Part shown: positions 57,300 through 64,000 of the stretch, in pieces
Layout: each line of letters starts with the position of its first letter
Numbering within the stretch: position 1 is the first letter of the stretch
Origin: an uncultured Rhodobacteraceae bacterium
GTDB lineage: Bacteria; Pseudomonadota; Alphaproteobacteria; Rhodobacterales; Rhodobacteraceae
Assembly (NCBI GenBank): GCA_965662745.1
Contig: CBFIJK010000006.1
Span: 1,496-65,495, forward strand
Reading direction: 5' to 3'
Length of the DNA stretch: 64,000 nt
Program-made: the position numbers and the translations under genes
The notes under the pieces: generated by a model
Seen by the model: only the letters and a program-made list of their open reading frames with translations
Databases searched by the model: none
Told to the model about the DNA's origin: nothing

Positions 57300-57602
57300 T
57301 CAGCGCGCCTTACGGGCGATTTCGATCCGGGCTTCAAGCATCGACATCTCGGTCACGATCCGTTTGCAATCCGGCTTGCTATCGGCGTCGCGCAGCTCTG
57401 CGCGCAGGCGCGCAAGTTCCCGGCTTAGCGTCACGAATTCCGGCGCGCTGCCGTTTTCCTTCAAAATCCGGTTAAGGACCGCGTTTTCCGGATCGTCGAC
57501 TTTCGGCAAGGGCTTGCCCGCGCCCGGCAGATTGTCGAACTCACCGCGCGCCTCGGCTTCGCGGATTTTGGCAGAGATCAGGTCGATGAGCGGATGATCC
57601 AT
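57300..57602 (-). CDS. DUF1992 (DnaJC28-like) domain protein
   Basis: Contains ISAKIREAEARGEFDNLPGAGKPL. Confidence 0.65.
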   Translation of the reverse strand: MDHPLIDLISAKIREAEARGEFDNLPGAGKPLPKVDDPENAVLNRILKENGSAPEFVTLSRELARLRAELRDADSKPDCKRIVTEMSMLEARIEIARKAR

Positions 57603-57754
57603 GGGCGCAAACCTGCCACAGACAGGCGGCCCGGCCAAGTTCGTGTGGCGCGGTCTTAAAGCAAATCAACCTATCCCAATGATCCTTGCATCCATTCTAA
57701 GAGCGGACATGCCGGAGCCGTTTGGCAGATTGTGTCATAAAGGAGCCACCAATA

Positions 57755-58567
57755 ATGCCATCCTCAGAGCTTGTTGTCCCTGCTCGAATGCCCCGAAACG
57801 AAGCCAAGCGGCTGCAAGCGGTGAAGCGAAGCGGGATGATGGACAGCGAAGTCGCCAGCCGTTTCTCGATCTACGTCGACATGGCCAAGCGGATTGCCGA
57901 CTGCCCGGTCGCCTATACCGGACTGCTGGACGAGCACCGTCAGTACTTCCTTGCGCAATCGTTCGAAGGATCAATCGAGACCCTGACCGAGGTCGCGCGG
58001 GACAAGACCCTTTGCCAATACGCCCTGCTGCATACCCAGCCGCTGGTCGTTCCCGACCTGCGCGAACACCCGCAGCTCAAGCACAACGCGCTTGTGACGG
58101 ACGATCCGCACTGGGTGTTCTGGGTCGGCGTCCCGCTGGTGACCTCAGACGGCCTGGTGCTCGGGACGCTTTGCGTCGTTGACTACAAGCCGCGCACGCT
58201 GGACGACGAAACGATCGCGCTGCTGCAGCGGCTTGCCGCAAACCTGACGCTGGTGATCGAGTTGCAGGCCGACCAGCGTGATGCCACCGCAGACCGGCTG
58301 GGCGACCTGCTGAAGACGCTCGACAAGGAAGTGCCGGGCGTGGATTTCGTCACCGCGCGGGCGTTCGTGGACCTGTGCCTTTCCAAGCCGCTTTCAGGCG
58401 CGGGCAAAGCCGCCCTGCAGGCTGCCGGGCTTGCGGATGAACACGCAGCCATCACCGCAGAGGGCCGAAAGGTTCAAACCAGCACCGGGTTGTTCATACC
58501 CGACTACAACAGCGCCCCGCGCGTTTTTGCGCAGCACAATATCGATGAATTGCTCTCAGGGCTTTGA
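57755..58567 (+). CDS. stand-alone GAF-domain protein with an unassigned C-terminal region of about 100 aa
   Basis: Contains NEAKRLQAVKRSG...PVAYTGLLDEHRQYF...TLCQYAL...VVPDLREHPQ...FWVGVPLVTSDGLVLGTLCVVD. AAGGAG lies upstream of the ATG at 57755. Confidence 0.7.
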   Translation: MPSSELVVPARMPRNEAKRLQAVKRSGMMDSEVASRFSIYVDMAKRIADCPVAYTGLLDEHRQYFLAQSFEGSIETLTEVARDKTLCQYALLHTQPLVVPDLREHPQLKHNALVTDDPHWVFWVGVPLVTSDGLVLGTLCVVDYKPRTLDDETIALLQRLAANLTLVIELQADQRDATADRLGDLLKTLDKEVPGVDFVTARAFVDLCLSKPLSGAGKAALQAAGLADEHAAITAEGRKVQTSTGLFIPDYNSAPRVFAQHNIDELLSGL

Positions 58568-58576
58568 GGAACTCAG

Positions 58577-58891
58577 ATGTACGCGAAGCTATACAATATG
58601 AAATTTGCCACCATTGGCGATGCGAAGATCGCCGTCTCCTACGTCACCGAGGAGTTTGGACACCTGATCAGTGAATACGACGTTGCCAGCATGAACGTCA
58701 CCCTAAGCGCGGATGGCGAGATGGGGATCTCGGTGCGCTTTGACGACGCCGAAACGCTCAAGGCCTTCGACAAGGAAAGCAAGAAAATGGTGGCCGAGCT
58801 TGAGACCTCGTTCGATTGCCGGACGTCGCAGAAGACCGGCGTTGCGGTGTTCACGTTCGACCGAGAGGCCACTTTCGTCTCTGCGGTCTGA
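58577..58891 (+). CDS. hypothetical small protein (104 aa)
   Basis: The ORF lies 9 nt downstream of the GAF gene and is followed by a strong terminator. Its 5' part looks lower in GC. No family was recognised. Confidence 0.45.
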   Translation: MYAKLYNMKFATIGDAKIAVSYVTEEFGHLISEYDVASMNVTLSADGEMGISVRFDDAETLKAFDKESKKMVAELETSFDCRTSQKTGVAVFTFDREATFVSAV

Positions 58892-58913
58892 TCAGGCTGC
58901 ACCGAACAACAAG

Positions 58914-58947
58914 AGGCCCCGGACAGGTTCTGTCCGGGGCCTTTTTT
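58914..58947. terminator. intrinsic terminator between convergent genes
   Basis: A 12-bp stem (AGGCCCCGGACA / TGTCCGGGGCCT) with a 5-nt loop is followed by TTTTTT. Confidence 0.85.
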
Positions 58948-58964
58948 CGGGTCCATTCGGACCT

Positions 58965-60521
58965 TTACTTTATGGTAATGCGACCATCGGTATACGGCTC
59001 GTACGGGCCGTTCGCGGCGAGGTATTCTGCGGTGACATCGGCAAGGTCGGGGCCGAAGTCATAGGCGTTCTCGGCATCGACGAACATGCTGTAGCCGTCA
59101 CCGCCGTTGCGGACGTAGTTGTTGGACACCACGCCATAGGTCGCGTCCGTGTCGATCGGCTCGCCGCCGATCATCACGTCCGAGATGCGGCTGCCCGGCT
59201 CTGCGGTAGGATCAACCGCGAAGGACATGCCCGAGACCTGCGGGAAGCGGCCCGCGCCTTCCTCGATCTGGCTTGCGCCGTTCTCGAGCGCCTCGACAAG
59301 CGTCGCGCCCGTGACCTGGAAGGTCGACAGCGTGTTCTGGAACGGCAGGACCGTCAGAACCTCGCCCATGGTAACCTCGCCTTCGTCTATGGACGCGCGC
59401 AGACCGCCGCTGTTCGAGATCGCGACCTGGATGCCCTGATCGGCGACGCGGTCGAGCATGGCGTCGGCCACTAGGTTGCCCATCTCGCATTCCATCGCGC
59501 GGCAGACCGACCGGTCGCCCTCGATGCTGGCAGAGGTCTCTGCCACGACGCGGTTGCGGATTTCGTCGAGCGGCTGGGCCGCTTCGGAAATGCGCGCCTT
59601 GGTGCCTTCATCCTCGGCCACCGAAGCGTCCATGATGATCGGTGCGCCCGAGGCTTCGGTCACGTTGCCCTCGTCGTCGAAGGTCACGTTCAACTCGCCC
59701 AGAAACTTGCCATAGGCATAGGCCTGAACGATCTGCACGCCGTTCACTTCGGTCGGATAGGGGCCTTCCGCGCCCTCCATATCGCCCAGCAGCGTGTTCG
59801 AGTGGCCGCCAACGATCACATCCACTCCCGTGGTGTTCTCGGCAACGGTCTGGTCCACGCGGTAGCTGGAATGCGATAGGACGACGATCTTGTTGACGCC
59901 CATCTCGGTCAGCTTGTCGACTTCGCCCTGAACCGCCTCGGACGGATCGGTGAAGATGACATTCGGGCCGGGCGAGGCAAGCTCGTCCGTGTCCTGCGGC
60001 GTCAGGCCAATGAGGCCGATCTTTTCGCCGCCCTGCTCGATCACCACGGATTTCTGGATGGCATCGGCCAGCAGGTCTTCACCCGAGACATCGGCATTCG
60101 ACATGAGGACCGGAAAATCGACAGCATCGACGAAGCCGCGCAGAACCTCGGGACCATCGTCGAATTCGTGGTTGCCCACGGTCATCGCCGTATAACCCAT
60201 CTGGTTCATCATCTCGGCGGCCAGCTTGCCCTTATAGTAAGTGTAAAACAGCGTGCCCTGGAACTGATCGCCCCCATCGACGAGGATCCAGTTGTTCGAC
60301 CGGCTCTTGGCGTCCGAAATCGCGGTCATCAGCCGCGCAGAGCCGCCAAAGCATTCGCCGGCGTCATTGTCTTCCGCCGAACAGCCCGAATCAAAGCGCG
60401 AGATCGGCTCGAACCGGGCGTGAAAGTCGTTGGTGTGCAGGATGGTCAGCTGGTAATCGGCCAGCGCGGCGCCCGAAGACAGCGCAAGCGCGGCTGCCGA
60501 GGCGAGAAAACGGTGTAGCAT
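58965..60521 (-). CDS. bifunctional metallophosphatase / 5'-nucleotidase (UshA-like), secreted
   Basis: It has a signal peptide (MLHRFLASAAALALSSGAALA) and the motifs ILHTNDFHARF, DGGDQFQGT, GNHEFD and SHSSY, plus a 5'-nucleotidase C-terminal domain. Confidence 0.88.
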   Translation of the reverse strand: MLHRFLASAAALALSSGAALADYQLTILHTNDFHARFEPISRFDSGCSAEDNDAGECFGGSARLMTAISDAKSRSNNWILVDGGDQFQGTLFYTYYKGKLAAEMMNQMGYTAMTVGNHEFDDGPEVLRGFVDAVDFPVLMSNADVSGEDLLADAIQKSVVIEQGGEKIGLIGLTPQDTDELASPGPNVIFTDPSEAVQGEVDKLTEMGVNKIVVLSHSSYRVDQTVAENTTGVDVIVGGHSNTLLGDMEGAEGPYPTEVNGVQIVQAYAYGKFLGELNVTFDDEGNVTEASGAPIIMDASVAEDEGTKARISEAAQPLDEIRNRVVAETSASIEGDRSVCRAMECEMGNLVADAMLDRVADQGIQVAISNSGGLRASIDEGEVTMGEVLTVLPFQNTLSTFQVTGATLVEALENGASQIEEGAGRFPQVSGMSFAVDPTAEPGSRISDVMIGGEPIDTDATYGVVSNNYVRNGGDGYSMFVDAENAYDFGPDLADVTAEYLAANGPYEPYTDGRITIK

Positions 60522-60692
60522 GGGAAGCTCCCTGTCTGGTTTTGTAGCGGCACTTTGGCGAGGCTTTGGGTGGGTGTCAAAGTGCGCTTGCGCTTCCTTG
60601 GCGTCGCGGCCGTGGTTGCGCAGCGCGATCCGCACCCATCGCCTGAAAGATGGGCGCTTGACCCCGGCGCGGGGCCGGGGCATCCCCGATAC

Positions 60693-61031
60693 ATGCTGAT
60701 TTACAAGATATTCCGCACCGATGAATGGGCCGCGTTTCAAGCGGCTGGATCGACACGCGGCGCGCCGATCGACCTGACCGATGGCTATATCCATTTCTCG
60801 ACCGCGGATCAGGCGCGTGAAACCGCCGCCAAGCATTTCGCAGGCGAGGACGGCCTGTTCCTTGTCGCGGTCCCCGTGGACGGGCTGGGCGATGACCTGA
60901 AATGGGAAATCTCACGCGGCGGGGCCGAATTTCCGCATCTTTACAGGGTGCTCGACATGGACGACGTGGCCTGGGTGCGGCCCTTGCCGCTATCGGGGGA
61001 CGCGCATGAGTTTCCCGATGACATGGTCTGA
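60693..61031 (+). CDS. DUF952-family protein
   Basis: Contains MLIYKIFRTDEW...DGYIHFSTADQ...KWEISRGGAEFPHLY. Confidence 0.7.
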   Translation: MLIYKIFRTDEWAAFQAAGSTRGAPIDLTDGYIHFSTADQARETAAKHFAGEDGLFLVAVPVDGLGDDLKWEISRGGAEFPHLYRVLDMDDVAWVRPLPLSGDAHEFPDDMV

Positions 61032-61052
61032 CGCCCTGTCGGCTTGGCCAGG

Positions 61053-62111
61053 ATGAGCCTCGTCGAACAGGTCGGCCTGCGCGTTCTGCGCGCCTTCGAT
61101 CCCGAGCGCGCGCATGGGCTTGCCCTGACCGCCTTGCGCCTCGGCGCCGGGCGCAGTCCAGGGCCTGTCACCTCGCCAAGGCTGGCCACCGAGATCGCAG
61201 GCCTGTCCCTTTCCAACCCGGTTGGCCTTGCGGCTGGATTTGACAAGAACGCCGTCGCTCTGCGCGCCCTGATGCGCTCGGGGTTCGGCTTTCTCGAGGT
61301 CGGCGCCGCCACTCCGCGCCCTCAGCCAGGAAACCCCCGCCCGCGTCTCTTTCGCCTGACCGAGGACCGCGCCGCGATCAATCGCTTCGGGTTCAACAAT
61401 GACGGTGTGGACGCCATCACCAAACGCCTCGCTGCGCGGCCCAGCGGCATCCCTGTCGGCCTGAACCTTGGCGCGAACAAGGACAGCGAGGACCGCGCCG
61501 CCGATTTCGCCCATGTCTTGAAGGCCGCAGGCCCCCATGTCGATTTCGCCACGGTAAATGTCTCTTCGCCCAACACCGAAAAGCTGCGCGATCTTCAAGG
61601 GGCCGCGGCGCTGCGCGCGCTTCTCATGGGCGTGATGGAGGCGCGCGAAAGCCTTGATCGCCGGGTCCCGATCTTCCTGAAAATCGCGCCCGACCTCTCG
61701 GATGACGAGATCGGCGATATCGCGGGCGTCGCCATCGGCGCAGGGGTCGACGCGATCATCGCCACCAACACGACGCTGGCGCGCAGCGGGCTATACAGCC
61801 CCCATTCCTCGGAAAAGGGCGGACTGTCGGGAAAACCCCTCTTCGAGAAATCGACCCGTGTGCTGGCGCGCCTGTCCTGGGAAACCGGCGGCGCGGTGCC
61901 CCTGATCGGCGTCGGCGGGGTCGCGACGGCCGAAGACGCCTATGTCAAACTGCGCGCCGGGGCCTCTGCCGTGCAGCTTTACACCGCGATGGTCTATGAC
62001 GGCCTGTCGCTCGCCACCTCCATCGCCGAAGGTCTCGACACGCTCCTCAAGGAGGACGGCGTGCTAAACATAAAGGATATCGTGGGAACCGGCCGCGACG
62101 TCTGGCTCTGA
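61053..62111 (+). CDS. pyrD: dihydroorotate dehydrogenase (quinone), class 2
   Basis: Contains [12 protein letters not shown]...[24 protein letters not shown]...NVSSPNT...GGLSG. An alternative TTG start is at 61044. Confidence 0.93.
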   Translation: MSLVEQVGLRVLRAFDPERAHGLALTALRLGAGRSPGPVTSPRLATEIAGLSLSNPVGLAAGFDKNAVALRALMRSGFGFLEVGAATPRPQPGNPRPRLFRLTEDRAAINRFGFNNDGVDAITKRLAARPSGIPVGLNLGANKDSEDRAADFAHVLKAAGPHVDFATVNVSSPNTEKLRDLQGAAALRALLMGVMEARESLDRRVPIFLKIAPDLSDDEIGDIAGVAIGAGVDAIIATNTTLARSGLYSPHSSEKGGLSGKPLFEKSTRVLARLSWETGGAVPLIGVGGVATAEDAYVKLRAGASAVQLYTAMVYDGLSLATSIAEGLDTLLKEDGVLNIKDIVGTGRDVWL

Positions 62112-62114
62112 TCC

Positions 62115-62195
62115 CCTTCCCCTTTGGTGTTGAAAAATATCCGGAAGAGCACGAGAGGGAACCTCTCGTACGGGCCGCGCGGGCTCGATGCCCGC
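62115..62195 (+). repeat. intergenic repeat, copy D (box plus two hairpins)
   Basis: The box at 62119-62142 is CCCCTTTGGTGTTGAAAAATATCC. The hairpins are at 62151-62169 and 62179-62195. Confidence 0.7.
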
Positions 62196-62279
62196 AAGGA
62201 CCGTTCTGCCCGGCAAACATCGCTGAAGCACGCGATCTGCGCTTGCCCCGGCCGAAGAAAAAACAGTAACGCAATTTCC

Positions 62280-63389
62280 ATGACCGGACCCAGCTACACC
62301 CCCCTTGTGCAAACCCTGCCCGCTTCTGTTCCCTTCGTGGGACCCGAGGCGCAGGAACGCGCGCGCGGCCGCAGCTTCGCGGCGCGGCTTGGCGCGAATG
62401 AAAGCGTTTTCGGCCCCTCTCCTCGCGCGATAGAGGCGATGGCCGAGGCGGCGCGCGATGTGTGGATGTATGGCGATCCCGAAAACCACGACCTGCGTCA
62501 GGCGCTTGCCGCCCATCACGGCGTCACGCCCGGCCATATCATCATCGGCGAGGGGATCGATGGTCTTCTGGGCTATCTCGTGCGCCTCATCACGGAACCA
62601 GGCGATGCGATCGTCACCTCGCTGGGCGCATATCCGACGTTCAACTACCACGTCGCGGGCTTAGGCGGCGTGCTGCATTCTGTGCCCTATGCGGGGGACC
62701 GCGAGGATATCGCGGCGCTGATGGACAAGGCGGCAAAGACCCGCGCGAAGCTGGTCTATTTCGCCAATCCCGACAACCCGATGGGCACCTGGCAGACGGG
62801 GTCCGAGATCGAAGCGGCGCTGGACCGGTTGCCCGAGGGCGCGCTCTTGATCCTTGATGAGGCCTATAGCGATTTCGCCCCGGAGGATGCCGTTCCCGCG
62901 GTCGCCCCCGATGATCCCCGCGTGATCCGGATGCGCACCTTTTCAAAGGCGTATGGCATGGCGGGCGCGCGGGTCGGCTACGGGATCGGGGCGCCAGACC
63001 TCATTCGCAGCTTCGACAAGATCCGAAATCATTTCGGAATGAACCGGATCGCGCAGGCGGGCGCGCTCGCCGCGTTGGCCGACCAACAGTACCTTGGAAA
63101 GGTCGTGCAGGCCGTCGTCGAAGCGCGTGCAAGGATCGAGCGGATCGCGGTCGACAACGGTCTCAAAACCGTCCCGTCGGCCACCAATTTCGTCGCCGTC
63201 GATTGTGGCGCGGACGGGGATTTCGCCAAGTCCGTGCTGGACGGCCTTATCGCGCGGGATGTCTTCGTGCGCATGCCCTTTGTGGCCCCGCAGAACCGCT
63301 GCATCCGTGTCTCGGCGGGACGAGAAGGCGATCTCGACCGGCTGGCCGAGGCACTGCCAGAGGCACTGGCAGCCGCGCGCGGGGCATGA
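62280..63389 (+). CDS. class I/II PLP-dependent aminotransferase (histidinol-phosphate aminotransferase-like)
   Basis: Contains LGANESVFGPSP...YGDPENHDLRQALA...NPDNPMG...FSKAYGMAGARVGY. Confidence 0.8.
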   Translation: MTGPSYTPLVQTLPASVPFVGPEAQERARGRSFAARLGANESVFGPSPRAIEAMAEAARDVWMYGDPENHDLRQALAAHHGVTPGHIIIGEGIDGLLGYLVRLITEPGDAIVTSLGAYPTFNYHVAGLGGVLHSVPYAGDREDIAALMDKAAKTRAKLVYFANPDNPMGTWQTGSEIEAALDRLPEGALLILDEAYSDFAPEDAVPAVAPDDPRVIRMRTFSKAYGMAGARVGYGIGAPDLIRSFDKIRNHFGMNRIAQAGALAALADQQYLGKVVQAVVEARARIERIAVDNGLKTVPSATNFVAVDCGADGDFAKSVLDGLIARDVFVRMPFVAPQNRCIRVSAGREGDLDRLAEALPEALAAARGA

Positions 63390-63468
63390 TCGCGAAAATT
63401 TTTGCTCGCCGTTCACTGCCTTGGTGCTAACCTTTCAGGATAGCCAATTGCGCGAACGGTGATTGCCC

Positions 63469-63681
63469 ATGAACCGTCACAAGCTGGATGAACGCCCCGC
63501 CCTGCCCGGTTCCGGCCGGGTCGAGGATTACACAACCGCTTTTCTGTGGAGCTTTGGCGGCGTTCTCTTTATCGGTCTCTTCGCAATCTGGGCAATCTGG
63601 GGCCTGCCGGTGGCCCTCGCCGCTGGATGGCTTGGCGACAAGGCAGTGCAAAGGCTCATCGGGCAGAGCGACGAGGCCTGA
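63469..63681 (+). CDS. small hypothetical membrane protein
   Basis: A protein of about 70 aa with a hydrophobic core (FLWSFGGVLFIGLFAIWAIWGLPVALAAGWL). Confidence 0.35.
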   Translation: MNRHKLDERPALPGSGRVEDYTTAFLWSFGGVLFIGLFAIWAIWGLPVALAAGWLGDKAVQRLIGQSDEA

Positions 63682-63683
63682 AC

Positions 63684-64000
63684 TTACGCGTTCGCGCAGA
63701 CGGCCGCAGCGGCACTTAGCGCGCCGGTGCCATGCGGGATATCCAGCGCGGTCAGCCCGGCCTCTATCGTGCCCAGCACGCCCAAGACCATATGAGCGTT
63801 CACATGGCCCATATGCGCGATGCGGAAAAAGCCATGCCATGCGGGGTCTGTCGGTTCGGCCATGCCAAGGCCGATGCCCAGCGTCACGCCCATATTCGCC
63901 TCGAGCCATTTGCGCAGCTGGGTGCCATGGGGCGCCCCGATCCGAACCGATGTAACCGCATGACTGCGCTGCGCGGGATCGGCGATGTTGATTTCGATCG
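63684..64000 (-). CDS. class V PLP aminotransferase-family protein, C-terminal part (5' end outside window)
   Basis: The frame is open to the window edge. FRIAHMGHVNAHMVLGVLGTIEAGLTALDIPHG is typical of serine-glyoxylate / AGXT-like aminotransferase C-termini. Confidence 0.6.
   Translation of the reverse strand, partial: IEINIADPAQRSHAVTSVRIGAPHGTQLRKWLEANMGVTLGIGLGMAEPTDPAWHGFFRIAHMGHVNAHMVLGVLGTIEAGLTALDIPHGTGALSAAAAVCANA

Noticed and set aside
62124-62279. A conserved micro-peptide encoded by the repeat box. The box translations are LVLKNIRKS (copy D), LVFQNIRGS (copy C), LVLESILGG (copy A) and LVLQIPQGG (copy B). The ORF track extends the downstream aminotransferase ORF to 62124 through copy D, and a separate spurious ORF (53854-54585) begins in copy C.
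   Set aside because: No Shine-Dalgarno sequence is present. The frames run through unrelated GC hairpins with Arg/Ala/Pro-rich nonsense. The downstream genes have well-placed internal ATG starts. The conservation is better explained at the nucleotide level.
1-64000. CRISPR arrays, prophage or integrative elements, toxin-antitoxin pairs, retrons or DGRs, and recognisable defence systems.
   Set aside because: I saw no direct-repeat and spacer arrays, reverse transcriptases, integrases, phage structural genes, restriction-modification genes or typical small paired TA ORFs on either strand. The window is dominated by housekeeping and catabolic genes.

Overview
The window is a high-GC alphaproteobacterial chromosome segment, most likely Rhodobacterales. 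The order-level guess rests on a SAM/SAH-type riboswitch, recalled from memory, sitting upstream of metK. All family calls come from reading motifs in the supplied translations; nothing was searched or computed.

The window is mostly core housekeeping DNA arranged in recognisable syntenic blocks:
- ychF
- trpA
- rplY-pth
- trpB-trpF-lapA-ihfB-rpsA-cmk-aroA-trmB
- metK-lnt-corC-ybeY-phoH-miaB
- fabI-fabB-fabA / irr
- a pobA-pcaDCHG-pcaB protocatechuate cluster
- pyrD

Small accessory insertions sit between these blocks:
- a tRNA-Ser(GCU) flanked by lower-GC DNA and a multiply frameshifted IS1182-like transposase
- a merF-like / GDCCVxC / ABM / Dabb mini-island between rplY and pth
- an orphan PAS histidine kinase between cmk and rpsA
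- a methyltransferase and sulfotransferase pair between trmB and metK
- a nonsense-disrupted chloramphenicol-phosphotransferase-like gene between phoH and ybeY
- a lipoprotein and OmpA-like pair between miaB and phoH

I found no CRISPR array, prophage, intact mobile element or recognisable defence system, and I cannot support a clear novel multi-gene system. The observations most worth following up are:
1. A four-copy, same-strand intergenic repeat family (a conserved ~24-nt box followed by variable GC hairpins) that I do not recognise.
2. A BKACE (DUF849) gene and an alpha/beta hydrolase embedded in a pca cluster that lacks pcaIJ and pcaF.
3. Two tandem secreted PepSY proteins with poly-Asp tails, coupled to a membrane-anchored LuxR-type regulator.
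4. A single ~10-kb inversion that would restore both trpFBA and rplY-pth-ychF co-linearity.

Many long ORFs in the supplied track are antisense shadow ORFs typical of high-GC DNA, and I ignored them.
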